NCBI RefSeq assembly: GCF_006345805.1
Contig: NC_043000.1
Span: 29,636,001-29,700,000 of the forward strand
Reading direction: 5' to 3'
Source of the DNA: Octopus sinensis
Lineage: Eukaryota
Length of the DNA stretch: 64,000 bases
The position numbers and the translations under genes are program-made. The notes beneath the pieces were generated by a model that was not told the origin of the DNA, searched no databases, and worked only from the letters and a program-made list of their open reading frames with translations. Shown here piece by piece: positions 25,866 through 39,686 of this stretch (within the stretch, counting starts at the first letter, position 1; each line of letters opens with the position of its first letter).

Positions 25866-26170
25866 ATATATATATATTTATATATTTATTATATATATAT
25901 ATATATATTATATATATATATTTATATATGTGTGTGTATATATGTATGAATATATTTGTATATATGTATGTATGCATGTAAAATTTTTCATATTCAAAAT
26001 GGCCAAGAAATCTACATTTAAACCACTTTTTGGTAAATCCGATAAAGGAAGAAAGCGCTAAAATTGTAAATAAAATGTAAATAAGAATATGTATCATCCA
26101 ACATTCTGCCTACCTTCTTATTCTAAATATACAATATCTGTACATCACTTCAAAATCTCTCTCTCTTTAA

Positions 26171-26216
<46 letters not shown>

Positions 26217-27149
26217 GTATATTCTGTCGGTGCCCCGGCGTAGCCACAACCTTGGGGCTAAAACATATATAAACATATAGAAGAATAAGAGAATATATCT
26301 ATGCGTGTGTCTTTGTGATTGTGGTTGTCCCTACCATCGCTTGACAACCGGTGTTGTTGTGTTTATGTTCTCGTAACCTAGCGGAACGTCAAAAGAGACC
26401 GATAGAATAAGTACGAGGTCTAAAATTGTGAGTACTGGGGTAGATTCATTCGATCAAAAATTCTTTAAGACAGTGCCCCAGCATGGCCGCAGTCTAATGA
26501 CGGAAACAATTGAAAGAAATAGTAAAAGAAAAGGAAATAACAAAGAAATGAACCAAATAAAACAGAAGTTGGAGAAAAATTCATTTGTATCGAACACACA
26601 GCAGTGGAAATCTATACAAAATAATTAGCATTAATAATAGCTGTAACCATGGTGATAACCCGCAAGATATATGACAATAAAAGCTTCGAATATTATAAGC
26701 AACACCATGATAATACATCAAATATATTTTGAAAATCTGCCATCAGAACCATAAACGACTATTTTATAAAATATTACATACATATAACACTTTATTATGA
26801 AAATAATCAATAACTTTTTTAAGAGCCATTTTTGAAATAACTAACGGTCACATTGTCCTTTAGAAAATATGTGACGTCATCAACAACATCCTAGATGTGT
26901 CATCGACATCTGCAAAGATTTCGACGGCTTAGTCCTACAACATCCGGCAGAATCTGACACGTTTTCGAACTATCACGATATTTTCCCACATTCTCTGTAA
27001 CTGGTATATATTAGACTTTCCTTTAATCCCCAAAATATGCACACAGGTTTCGTGCGCAGAGGATATCATAGACAAATCTCACCACTCCTTAAACAAAGCC
27101 GTACAAATTCTTTCAAGGTATTCAGGATAACCAGACAAGGTCACAATCA

Positions 27150-27450
27150 TTCCATCCTAACCAGTAAGACCAAGAAACCTCATTTACGACCAATCATCTC
27201 GTTTAACAATCACACCATATCACCCACACAAGAATAAAACTGCTATTAATCACAAACATAATTGCATAACATTCGCTGAACATGCAGAAGACATTAGAAA
27301 AAGCAAAACTGTGTCCGGGATACAAAGAAATATTAAGATTATTGTAGAGATTAAAAAGTTCAATTCTACGTAAAACATTTGTTCTGCCTTGATCTCCCAT
27401 CTCTCCCATAATAAATTATAGGAAACTAAAAGAATCACATACATTAGAAA
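27150..27450 (+). pseudogene. Possible highly decayed Penelope-like reverse transcriptase fragment
   Basis: KTKKPHLRPIISFNN (cf. PLE RT K-x-x-x-P-LRPIIS) followed about 66 codons later by FCLDLPSL (cf. SFDVxSL motif); many stops; by-eye match only. Confidence 0.3.
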
Positions 27451-27794
27451 AGAGAAGTGTGTCTCAAAATATGCTCCTCGTCTCCCTCATTCGCACAACG
27501 ACAGAAAATTACTAATACCAAAAATTATTCGTTGTTGCAGTAAGCTGGCTCTCCGATACTCAAACTCTCCGCCACAAAAGTTTTACGATTACAACCTATT
27601 AACACTGTATCCCCATTTCAAACCTGACAAACATAAAATAAAACAAACATGGAAGAATTGCACCAAAACCAAGTGATCCATTGAGTATATCACCACCACC
27701 ACCACCACCACCACCACCACCACCACCACCACCACCACCACCACCAGAAAATTTGAACAAATATATTCATTTCTTTATTGGCTAAACATAGAGG

Positions 27795-28500
27795 GGATAA
27801 ACTAGTGCGTAACTGGTACCTATTTAATCGACCTCAAAAGGTTAAAAAGCAAAGTCGACCTGAGTGGAATTTGAACGCAGACGAAGTACTACCGATTCTG
27901 GATGCTACCGATTCTGCCAGTTCACCGCCCCATTAGGACAAATATATTCTTCTCTTTTCTACTCTAGGCACAAGACCCGAAATTTTTGGGGAAGGGCCAG
28001 TCGATTAGATCGACCACAGTACGCAACTGGTACTTAATTTATCAACCCCGAAAGGATGAAAGGCAAAGTTGACCTCGGCGGAATTTGAACTCAGAACGAA
28101 ATACCGGCAGACGAAATAACAGAACAGCCTGCTCGTGAAATTAACGCGTAAGTGGCTGAGCACTCCACAGACACGTGCACCCTTAAGGTAGTTCTCGGGG
28201 ATATTCAGCGTGACACAGAGAGTGACAAGGCCGGCCCCTTGAAATACAGGTACAACAGAAACGGGAAGTAAGAGTGAGAGAAAGTTGTGGTGAAAGAGTA
28301 CAGCAGGGATCACCACCATCCCCTGTCGGAGCCTCGTGGAGCTTTTTAGGTGTTTTCGCTCAATAAACACTCACAACGCCCGGTCTGGGAATCGAAACCG
28401 CGATCCTATGACCGCCAGTCCGCTGCCCTAACCACTGGGCCATTGCGCCTCCACATGGCAGACGAAATACTGCTAAGGATTTCGCCCGACGTGCCAGATC
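27795..28500 (-). mobile_element. SINE family A cluster (two units), the second interrupted by a family C SINE
   Basis: Family A reverse-complement blocks at 27795-27935 and 27950-28118, resuming at 28457-28500. Confidence 0.85.
28119..28456 (-). mobile_element. SINE family C inserted in family A with a 13-bp TSD
   Basis: TSD GGCAGACGAAATA at 28106-28118 and 28457-28469; head GGAGGCGCAATGGCCCAGTGGTTAGGG...GTTTCGATTCCC. Confidence 0.9.
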
Positions 28501-28990
28501 GCCGCTCTGTTAGAACATATTTTGCGTAAGAAATCTGCACAAACGAAAAGAATGGCTATTGGTATTATCTGAACGACAGCGACAAAACACGCGTCCACGA
28601 CTGTTTTGTTGCCTCCCCATAATCGAAGACTGCGGTGCTTGATGGAACTTCATTTCTTGATAATTCCTGATCTATAGCACTCTCTTGTCTTCTAATTTGA
28701 AATTGGTCCCTATTGCCAAAATGCAGCTTTTCTATATTCCTTGGAGAAGAGATAGTTTGATTAGGTCAAGGAATCCATCTTTTATGGTATTAATAATAGT
28801 CCTATTTGACATTACAATCCCTTCTATACTCCCCATGTAAATACACATATGTATGCATATACATCACACACACACACATACACATATACATATATATTTA
28901 TATAAATACATGCATGTATGTATAAATAAATATATATGCATTCACAGATGTACATATATATATTTATATACATATACATACATGTATATA

Positions 28991-29076
<86 letters not shown>

Positions 29077-30759
29077 CATACATACATACATATACATGTG
29101 TGCACGTGTATGTGTGTTTCAGGTAAAATTATATTTACAATGAAACTGAAGTGTAATAAACGATTCAGTGTTTGTCTATTGGTAAAACATCCATAATCGA
29201 TATTTTTCTCCAGCTATTCTCCTTTTTCCCATTGCTTTCTTCCTTTCTCTCCCTACCCCATCTATCTCTCTCTCACTTTCATTCTCTTTCTCTCTTCATA
29301 TATGCTCCTTATTTACCTTGTCTTCTCTCACTTCCCCCTCCAACTATCTTCTCGTTTACAAATCTCATTTTCTATTCTCACTTTTTTAATCATTCTGTCC
29401 ATTTTGTTTTCTGTATTCTCTAAGCACACTATGGCATACCTGCAATGGCATTCACTATAGCCCTTAAATTTGCTAAAAATAGCAACTAAATCTCTTTCAA
29501 ATCACACACACTTTCTTAAAAATGGAAGACATACACTTAATAATAAAACTTCAGACGCAAACACAAATAGTTTTTACCACTAAATCTCTCACAATTTCTT
29601 TTTCCTCGATTACAAAGTTTCTTCAGGCAAGTTTATTTTTTACGTATTTTCTCTATTCCCAACACGATATTTCTTGCTATCATTTTCATAGTTTATGATG
29701 AGTCATGGGTACAAAGCAGAGGATAGTAAGCGAGAAATTCACGTGCTATCGACCAGAATGCAAAACAATGCACGAACGCGCTGGTAATGTAGCTATTATG
29801 AAACTTCCATGTGTAAGCAGTTAAAATGGCGGAACACATTTGCTATATATTTCATCGATCTGAATCGAATACGCACACACGAACACACAGAAACACACAC
29901 ACACACACATTCACTCACACAAAACATTTGTGAGCAGGCAAATATATAACTACTAAGAAAGAGTAATTTCCTTATACGTAACAAAAACTGACCTAGTTAG
30001 TACGCATCAATATCAGGAATCTCAAGAGAGTTTTTTCTTCTTTTTTTTTAATGCAAGAACCATGTCAATGTTCGAAGGTGCTAACAATATACGCCATACG
30101 TACTCTTATAAATACCCATATCTGCATATTCACATTCTCAGTAGTCACTTACACATGCACACACTTCAAAAGCATTCTGCAAATATGGCTGTTGCCTCTG
30201 TGGGTTTAACCCAAATTCTTCAAAGAAACTAAAAATCGTTAAATGAATTCTAAAATATTTACTGTGCTCGGTCGAACAGCATTTAGTAGTTTCTCTTTCT
30301 GTTTCAAACTTAAATCACAAAAGGCGAGCTCTTTGCTTTGTTGCTGTAGTAGATTAACCTCGATTTAACCTTGATCGAAGAAACCTAGGATAAATGGCGT
30401 TCCAGCTATGACTTTCCCTGTCTGTTTTTAATGTCTGCAACAACATAAGGCGGTGAGCTGGCAGAAACGTTAGCACGCTGGGCGAAACGCTTACTCCTGT
30501 ACTGTGTATTTTTTCTAAAGTTATCACTATATAGTTTCTATAGAAACTTGAGCCAGCATTGAAAGTTACGATGTCTCGTATACGAATGTGTCTATGTAAA
30601 CAATGGGATCGAAGATAGAGAAATAATTCATGGGTGTATATGCATATTTCAGGCAATCTTGTGCCTTCTTCAGTACGGCATCCAACCCCTTAACCGCCCA
30701 CGAACACATTACTTAAATAGTTACTAAATATAGCGGTGTAACGTTATTGGATACACCAA

Positions 30760-31275
30760 AGGTGGCAAGCTGGCAGAAACGTTCGTACACCGGGCGAAAT
30801 ACTTAGTGGTATTTTGTCTGCCGTTACGTTCTGAGTTCAAATTCCGCCGAGGTCGACTTTGCTAGTTATCCTTTCGGGGTTGATTAAATAAGTACCAATT
30901 ACGCGCTGGGGTCGATGCGATCGACTTAATCTGTTTGTCTGTGCTTGTTTGTCCTGTCTGTATTTAGCCCCTTGTGGGCAATAAAGAAATAAGAAACGTT
31001 AGCAGAACCGGACGAAATGCTTAGCGGTATTTCGTCTACCGCTACGTTCTCAGTTCAAATTACGCCGAGGTTAACTTTGTCTTTCATCCTTTCGGGGTCG
31101 ATTAAATAAGTACCAGTTACGCACTGGGGTCGATATTATCGACTTAATCCGTATGTCTGTGCTTGGTTGTCCTCTCTGTGTTTAGCCCCTTCTGTGTAGT
31201 AAAGAAATAGATATTTCGTCTGCCGTTACGTTCTGATTTCAAATACCGCCGAGGTCGAATTTGCCTTTCATCCGC
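30760..31275 (+). mobile_element. SINE family A, head-to-tail trimer
   Basis: Three successive GTTC..AATTCCGCCGAGGTCGAC blocks; junctions near 30990 and 31205. Confidence 0.9.
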
Positions 31276-32009
31276 AGCAATCATATATCATCATCGGGGA
31301 TGAGAAGCGTGAAGTTCCCGGGAAACTGCCCATTACCCTAAACTTAGGACAGCTCTGATAGGGATTTTATTTCGTTTATAAATAATTTCTTTGAAATTTT
31401 GTTGTTCTGTTGTTTAGTTGTTCTTGTCACTAGCTCTGTTTTCCCTTCTCTCTCTCTTTTACATTCGTATGCTTTCGTTAAAAATCCACATTATTCGAAC
31501 GAAAAAAAATGCTATCTTTCTGAAATTAAAACTATATTCAAGAAACAAAGAAATTATTTAATTCAGAGTAATTTTTCTCTAGTACCAACATTGTTAGAGT
31601 GTAGGAAGCAACAAAACAATGTTGATGTTTAGCTCAAATCTTCTCCCCAGATACGCCACGTCTGGTGATAAGCAGACCCTGGTATAGATGACTAGAGAAG
31701 TCAGGACTAAATCTTTGATGCGATCTTGAATGTGAACAGTGTGATAGACTACATAGTCGAACGATTGTTGTTCAAAGAATCAGAAGTATCGTTGACACGG
31801 TTCTGGTATGAAACAAGCTCAAAATATCGAATGATCGGGGACTAATTCATTCAACCGCGTCACCTTATTGCTGTGATGGCAAAATTTTTAACCCGGCATC
31901 GAAAATTTTAATTTCTTTAATAATTGTTAGTAGAATAATACTCACAGTTATCCATGAGTTTTACTTAGTCTAAGCATGATTACAGATAAGCTTTAAGCCT
32001 GCGCGCAGG

Positions 32010-32175
32010 TAAATTCATTAGCGCGCCGGACAAAATGCTTAGCGGCATTGCGTCTCTCTTAACGTCCTTAGTTTAGATTCCGCCGATGTCGACTTTGTCT
32101 TTATCGATAAAATAAGTACCAGTTAGGCACTGGGGTTGATGCAATCGGCTTGTACCATCCCTCAGACTTTTGGTT
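32010..32175 (+). mobile_element. SINE family A, diverged copy
   Basis: TTAGCGCGCCGGACAAAATGCTTAGCGGCA...TAAGTACCAGTTAGGCACTGGGGTTGATG. Confidence 0.75.
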
Positions 32176-32389
32176 TTGTACCAAAAATCTGAAACGATAT
32201 TTACAGATAAGTTGTTTTTTTTATAGAATGATATTACAAGAAGGCATGATTTTGAACTCCTCTGTGTGTCATCCAACAATATTCGGCATATCATCGCTGT
32301 CACGTGCTTCAATATGTCACCATCACTGTTCTTGAGTGGAACATTAGATTCATAGGAAATGATCTGCAACATTCATATTCCAAAAGGAG

Positions 32390-32810
32390 GAGGAGGCAAG
32401 CTGGCAGAAACGTTAGCACGCCGAGCGGAATCCTTAGCAGTATTTCGTCTGTCGTTACGTTCTGAGTTCAAATTCCGCCGAGGTCGACTATGCCTTTCAT
32501 CCTTTCGGGGTCGATTAAATAAGTACCAGTTACGCACTGGAGTCGATATAATCGACTTAATCCATTTGCCTGTCCTTCTTTGTCCTCTCCGTGTTTAGCC
32601 CCTTGTGGGTAGTAAAGAAATAGAAATAGGTATTTCGTCTGCCGTTACGTTCTGAGTTCAAATTCCGCCGAGGTCGACTTTGCCTTTCATCCTTTCGGGG
32701 TCTATAAATTAAGTACCAGTTACGCGCTGGGATCGATGTAATCGACTTAATCCCTTTGTCTCTCCTTGCTTGTCCCCTCCGTGTTTAGCCCCTTGTGAGT
32801 AATAAAGAAA
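32390..32810 (+). mobile_element. SINE family A dimer
   Basis: Two units with junction AAAGAAATAGAAATAGGTATTTCG at about 32615-32640. Confidence 0.9.
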
Positions 32811-33540
32811 TATGAAATAAGAAATAAGGAGGAGGAATATAACGTTTCGGACTTGTCCCTTCATCGCGGAAGTAAACTATTAATTCAACAGACTTGTCTG
32901 TACTGAAAAAAAGTTCAGACAATTTTCTCTAGAATTAATAAACCTGTAACAAAAACCAATATATTATAAACGTTTAGGTATTTTAGCCAGAAAGTTATAT
33001 TTCCTTATATGAATTTCGTTCATGTTTCGATTGTGTATCGTGCGTTTCATTTTTCTCTATATTTACCACACATCAACAATGACGCATTCAAAGTCATGTC
33101 TGTCTCGCCATTTTACGTGTCTCTCCATAAAACTGCAGGGCGTTAAAATTATGAACGAAATTAATATTTCAATTAAAAAAAAACGCAAAAAACAAATATA
33201 GTAAAAATTAACGTTTAAATGATGATGGTGATGATGAAAATCATAATAATGATATTTAAAACAACAACAACCACAGCAACAACAACAACAACAACAACAA
33301 CAACAAGAATGCAGGAATAGCGGTGTGTGTTGCATATCAGTGTCCTTCAGCAAGTATTGGAAAAGTAATTTACGTGTAGGAATGTCTTTCTTTTTCGGTC
33401 GAACAAAAGGATGTCTATATCTGTATTCACACACACACTCACGCACACTCAAACACCCACAAACACGCACACACATTCAGATACGTATGCACATACATCT
33501 GTGTGTATATATTTGTGCCTATACATGTATGTACTGTTTG

Positions 33541-33635
<95 letters not shown>

Positions 33636-34118
33636 GTCTGTCTGTCTGTCTGTCTGTCTATTTGTCTGAATGTCTGTCTATTTGTCTGACTGTCTATCTA
33701 TCTATATGCATATACATACTTATACATGTTTATCTATATCTATATCTATTTATCTCTCTTTTCTCTCTTTCTCTTGTATGTATACACTCACATATGTATA
33801 ATATATATATATATATATATATTAATATATATATATATAATATGTAATATATATCCGTGTGTGTGTGTGAGTGTGTATTATACATACATATGTATATATA
33901 TATATATATATGCATGTGTTTTAACCATATATACATACATATATATATATACATATATTATATGTGTATGAATATATATATATATATATATCTGTGTGTG
34001 TGTGTGCGTGTGTGTGTGTGTGTGTGTGCGTGTGTGTGTGGTGTGTGTGTATGTGTGCGTGCATGTGTTGAGCGCATATTTCATCAGTTTGTGTGACATG
34101 ACAAATAAAAATTCAGAA

Positions 34119-34157
<39 letters not shown>

Positions 34158-34817
34158 GACGCATACAAACAAAGCCATATACTCACCGCCTCGCCCTCCC
34201 CACACACACACACGATACTCATTATTTTTCTCTTGGGCATTTCTTATACGAAATACAACTTTCATTTATTTTCATATATCTTCTTCTTAATTTCTCACAT
34301 TATTAATCGCTTTTAGCAAGATTAACAAATATATAAGACGCTCCTATCATTTAGAACCTTGTCATCATTTCGTTGTCTGTTACTGAATTCAATGTTTTAA
34401 CTAGCAAAGAACAATAACCTGGGCTACAGGAAATTAGAATTGTGTTGCGCGTAGGTAAAATAGTTAATAAGACTCCCGTACTGTAAATAGCGCTAAATAT
34501 TTGTATTTTGTGGTTATTCTTTTCTGCGTTTTGGTTTTTATCGTATGATGCTTCAGACACGTGATGCTCTCTGGGATAAAAATATAGTTTCTAATTTCGT
34601 GTAGTTTTACTTATTGTGGTGAAGCGAAAAGAAGCTTTCTATTTATTGAACTAGGCTTCAGTTTGGAAATGTTGGAAGCCTGCTGCGAAATAGCAAATAT
34701 TTCAGCAGCCATCTATCTATCTGTCTGTCTGTCTGTCTGTCTGTCTGCCTGCCTACCAGCCTGTCTATCTATCTGTCTCATTATCTATCTCACTCTCTCT
34801 CTTTTCTCTCTCTCTCA

Positions 34818-34865
<48 letters not shown>

Positions 34866-35351
34866 CTAACTGCCTATTTGTCAGTCTGTCTATCTATCTA
34901 TCTATCTATCTATATATATATATATATATATACTTACATACATATAGCTATATGGCTCAAAGTCCATTTTTATCACCTTTTCAATGGCCTTTCTCCTGCC
35001 ATTGGCTTTAGGCGGAGAATCGAGTTCAATTTTGTTACTTTCTTTTGACTTTCTTGCTGTTAAGTTGGTTTATCTGCGACCTTCGGGGGCAGAAGGTCAA
35101 GTTGTTTCTTGAAAACATATATATGTTCTTTAGCTTCAGTCATCGAACATTAGTTATAGTGGAGGAACCGCCGTAATGTCTTCAGCCGAAAAAAAAGTCG
35201 ATTCTCGATCCCTGTACTTATTTCTTTTCGATTGCCACTTATTCTATCGGCAGTTTATTGGCGAACCGTCAAGTTACGGGTGCATAAACGAACCAATTTT
35301 CAAATGACCGGAGTCTAAATTTAAACACGTGTGCACACACACTCACACACG

Positions 35352-35382
<31 letters not shown>

Positions 35383-36364
35383 GTATATAAAAAAGACGAG
35401 TTCCCTCTCAGTTACCACCAACCCAATTCAGCCAGAAGACATTGATCGCCTCACAGTCATAGCAGAAGACACTTGCTTAAGGTGCCGTTTAGTTAGATTG
35501 AACCCGATACCAAGTGATTCGCAACCAAACGCTTTATCCTCACAGCCGAGCATGTTATCTCTTAATCAACTTCAGTTAATCAATGCCGTCTGATTTCTTT
35601 CAATGTCTCTCTGACTGCTAATGACAAACATTATATCATTACATAATTCAATATCTAATATTTTATGATCTCCAAAATAATTATAACTATTAACTTTATC
35701 GATTATCTATCATTGATTATATTCACTTTCAATGCATAGTTTTACATAAAACAGGGAGCCTTTACGTGGTCAATTTATCTGTTAGAAGCAAAAGCCAAAA
35801 GCCTTCATCAAATTACATTCTGCTGCCATAATTGATAGAACGATACTTAGGAAAATGTTCCCTTCCAGTGAATGGCAGGCTGGATACAGATGGAGTATGG
35901 CCAGACAAAAACAACAGCATCATCATCATTAAAAACAATGAAAGCAGCAACACCACCAAAAATAACAACAATGACAACGGCAGCAACAATTACAGCGCCA
36001 TGTACAATCTGTGATATCCGATTATCGTTTAATCTTAGTGAAAAAAGAGGCAGAGCCATTGAAGCTGTTAGGAGAGAGGTCGACGAAAGAAAACAAATGT
36101 GGTCGCTCGGCATGCTAGAAAAACCAACCAGGCTTCCCTCGGCTGATACATAATGGTTAGCAACAATGTAACGCTCGTTAGTGATACATAATAAAGCAGG
36201 CATAGTCATGGCTGGAATACATTTGATTTGCTGTTCTTTTCTGCTTTATGAGAACTGATCTGGAACTTAAGACTAAAGGACATCATCTGGAAGTGTACAT
36301 TTGAAATATTACTGTAGTACGGCGTTAATCCTCGTGATTGAATTAAACTAAAGAACATAAATAT

Positions 36365-36665
36365 GGAGGCGCGATGGCCTAGTGGTTAGGTCAGCGGACT
36401 CGCGGTCGGAGGATCGCGGTTTCGATTCTCAGACTGGGCGTTGTGTGTGTTTATTGAGTGAAAACACCTAAAAGCTCCTCGAGGCTCCGGCAGGGGGTGG
36501 TGGTGACCCCTGTTGTACTCTTTCGCCCCAACTTTCTCTCAACCTTTCTTCCTGTTTCTCGAATAACGCTGCGATGGACTGGTGTCCCGCCCAGCTGGGG
36601 GGAACACATACGCCAGACAAACCGGGAAACCGGTCCCATGAGCCTGGCTAGGCTTGAAAAGGGTG
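36365..36665 (+). mobile_element. SINE with family C head and an alternative tail, ending in (TTA)n
   Basis: Head homologous to 28119-28456 up to TTCCTGTTTCT, then CTGCGATGGACTGGTGTCCCGCCCAGCTGG...GGCTAGGCTTGAAAAGGGTGCA. Confidence 0.85.
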
Positions 36666-36682
36666 CATTATTATTATTATTA

Positions 36683-36741
<59 letters not shown>

Positions 36742-37422
36742 ATAAAGGACATAAATGTGTAAAAGTTATGGAAAATGACGTACGTGTTCATTTTCTATAC
36801 GTTCCAGCAGGTATGAACATGAACAAGTTAATCTCTTGGAGATGTAATACGGCAGCGATTAGCATATGATCGTTCGAATCTACCGCAATATATTTCGAAT
36901 ACATACGCAACTTATTGTTTTAATTCTCGCTGTTATGTCCGTGTACATGAGGACTTATCATATGTGTTAGATATTTGTTGAAGTAGAGATGTTAAAGGGG
37001 AAAGTGTTACATAAGACACACAGTTCTAATTGTGTACCGAAACATACGCGGATTGACATAAATATTAACATAATGGTTTGAAATTCCAAGATGTACAACG
37101 CTGTTAGTCATGTTCACACACACACACACACACACACACACGGAGAAACATACACATACATATTCAGATATATCTATTGTGCAATAGTTAAATTTATGTC
37201 GAATCTGCTTCACGCTGTGTTGTGTAATAGATGTGGATTGTTCAGTTGATGACGAGTCATCGAAAGCAACATATAAATTACTAACTGTTTGTATATGAAG
37301 TGAATATTGTATGCTGTTGATTGTTGGAAGGAACTGTGTAGATATCAGCCGAGGGGTGGGAAGGAAGTGTGTTAAACGGGTGTCGGGTGGACACAACCTC
37401 TTCGTTATTCTTATCAAAAGCA

Positions 37423-37790
37423 AGGCGGCGAGCTGGCAGAATCGTTAGCACGCCGAGCAGAATCCTTAGTAGTATTTAGTCTGCCGATACGTTCTGAGTT
37501 CAAATTCCGCCGAGGTCGACTTTGCCTTTCAACCTTTCGGGGTCGATTAAATAAGTACCAGTTATGCACTAGAGTCGATATAATCGACTTAATCCGTTTG
37601 TCTGTTCTTGTTTGTCCTCTCTGTGTTTAGCCCCTTGTGGGTATTAAAGAAATAGGTATTTCGTCTGCCGTTACGTTCTGAGTTGCCTTTTATCCTCGAT
37701 TAGATAAGTACCAGTTACGCACTGGGGTCGATGTCATCGACTTATCCCGTACCCGTAAATTCAAGGCCTTGTGCTTATAGTAGAAAGGAT
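37423..37790 (+). mobile_element. SINE family A dimer
   Basis: Full head at 37423; second unit after AAAGAAATAGGTATTTCG at about 37650. Confidence 0.9.
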
Positions 37791-38366
37791 TATTCATATC
37801 AAAAACTTCGAAGGAATTCATTAACATCCCCGTTCTTTCTTCTTTACAAAATACATTTGATAGGGCCTAATCAGAACGACTGTAGGGGCCAGCGAGGCAT
37901 ACCCTGTTTTGTACAGCTCTCTGTGATTGCTTGACCTGCTGGTAATAGCAAGCGAATTCCCTTGCATATCACAACGCTCTACCTTACTGTTACACAGGAA
38001 GGATAAGACACTGGACAATACAGTCCTATCGGATAACAATGTCTGAATTTTATTGATCAGAGGTTAACGCTGTCGGGGTTGACTTGGTGTTAATCATGAA
38101 CAAGAACTACAATAGCAAGGCGTATAAATAAATACCGTGGTAAGAAGCTTGCTTCTCAACCTCTTGGGTCGTTCTTTATGTTACTTGTCCTGTTTTCCAT
38201 TTGTTTCCATCACTGTTTGCGTATTTCGTGTTGTTACTACTGCTCTGACGTCAAAGATGCATGTATATATATATTATTATATATTATATATATCAATGTA
38301 TATATGAATATATATATATATATACATATTTATATATATATATCTATATATATATATATATTATTC

Positions 38367-38425
<59 letters not shown>

Positions 38426-38655
38426 TGGTAAAACGGTAAGATCACAAAAGAAAGAAAGAGACCTCAATATAATTACAGGAAATTTATCTGTAAAATAATA
38501 AGTGGCAATTATTCAATAGCCAAGATAACACTCTGAGTTTCGGATGGCCATCTGAAAAACGGTAGATGGCCAGATAACCGAAGAGATGGTGTTTTGGATT
38601 TCCACTTCGGCATCCGAAACTCAAAGTTTTATCTTGGCTATTGAATAATTGTCAC
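38426..38655. mobile_element. Second family of hairpin element with a degenerate HHR, in (TA)n
   Basis: Arms 38502-38546 / 38611-38655. Plus motif AGATAA-CCGAAGA-GATG...CATC-C-GAAAC-TCAAA-GTT-TTATCT (U4 changed to C); the inverted arm carries only the 3' half (CCGAAACTCAGAGT). Confidence 0.7.
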
Positions 38656-38676
38656 ATATATATATATATATATATT

Positions 38677-39062
38677 CTTTTACTCTTTTATTCTCTTACT
38701 TGATTGCGGCCATGATGCTGGCGCACCGCCTTTAGCTGAACAAATCGATCGCAGGACTTATTCTTTGTAAGCCTAGTACTTATTCTACAGGTATCTTTTG
38801 CCGAGCCGCTAACTTACGGGGACGTAAACACACCAGCATCGGTTGTCAAGCGATGTTGGAGGGACAAACACAGACACACGAACATACAAATATATATATA
38901 TATACGACGGGCTTCTTTCAGTTTCCGTCAAACAAATCCACTCACAAGTCTTTGGTCAACCCGAAGCTATAGTAGAGGACACATGCCCAAGATGCCACGC
39001 ACTGAGACAGAACCCACAACCATGTGGTTGGTAAGCAAGCTACTCACCACACAGCTACTCCT
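38677..39062 (-). mobile_element. SINE family B, full length
   Basis: Reverse complement of head, body and tail with internal (TA)n. Confidence 0.88.
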
Positions 39063-39234
39063 GTGCTATATATATATATAATATATATAATATATATATA
39101 TATATATAAATATATGAAAGAATGGAGTTGACGACGAATTAACAAAATTCCTTTATTTTCGACATATAATGTGAATTTGCTACCCAGGTATCGGTTAACC
39201 GAATTATCCATACAGGGATAATCATTCAACTACT

Positions 39235-39277
<43 letters not shown>

Positions 39278-39460
39278 ATATAAAAGGGCTTAGTAAAATA
39301 AATTACTTTGCCGCATACTGAACTCATTAGAATAGCAGCTAAAAAAACTTTTATAAAACTATTTCTAATACTTAAAGAAAACCTCTCTCATATAGTGTTT
39401 GCTCAATTCAACTCACGAAAGTATGGGGGTAGAGACTTAAAAAATCAATGCAAAGGTTAT

Positions 39461-39516
39461 TTGAGAACGTACGTTTCAAGATTAGTCAAAATCGACATTT
39501 CTATCATCAGCTCAGA
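39461..39516 (-). ncRNA. Minimal type-I hammerhead motif with intact core
   Basis: TGAG-CTGATGA-[TAGAAATGTC GATTTT GACTAATCTT]-GAAAC-GTAC-GTT-CTCA; palindromic ACGTACGT stem III; stem II interrupted by a 3x3 loop. Confidence 0.6.
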
Positions 39517-39654
39517 ACTCCCTGGTTTGGATTTGAAAACACTGAAGTGGGAGCATACCCTTTCGGCTTCTTATCGCTTCTGAAGATCCGCTCGAAACTA
39601 ACAGTGCCAGCAAACTCAAATATATATATTATATATATACACTTATATAATATA

Positions 39655-39686
<32 letters not shown>

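Noticed and set aside
28520-28770. ~60-codon open minus frame after a CTTCTCCAAG acceptor-like site
   Set aside because: No recognisable homology or linked exons.
32836-32872. Hammerhead-like GCGATGA-AG-GGAC(AA)GTCC-GAAACGTT as an active ribozyme
   Set aside because: C3 and U4 are mutated and stem I is unpaired; counted only as a relic.
35847-36209. 120-aa minus ORF with a hydrophobic, TM-like segment and a plausible splice acceptor
   Set aside because: The hydrophobic run derives from a degenerate (CAA/CAG/CAT)n tract; no recognisable family or partner exons.
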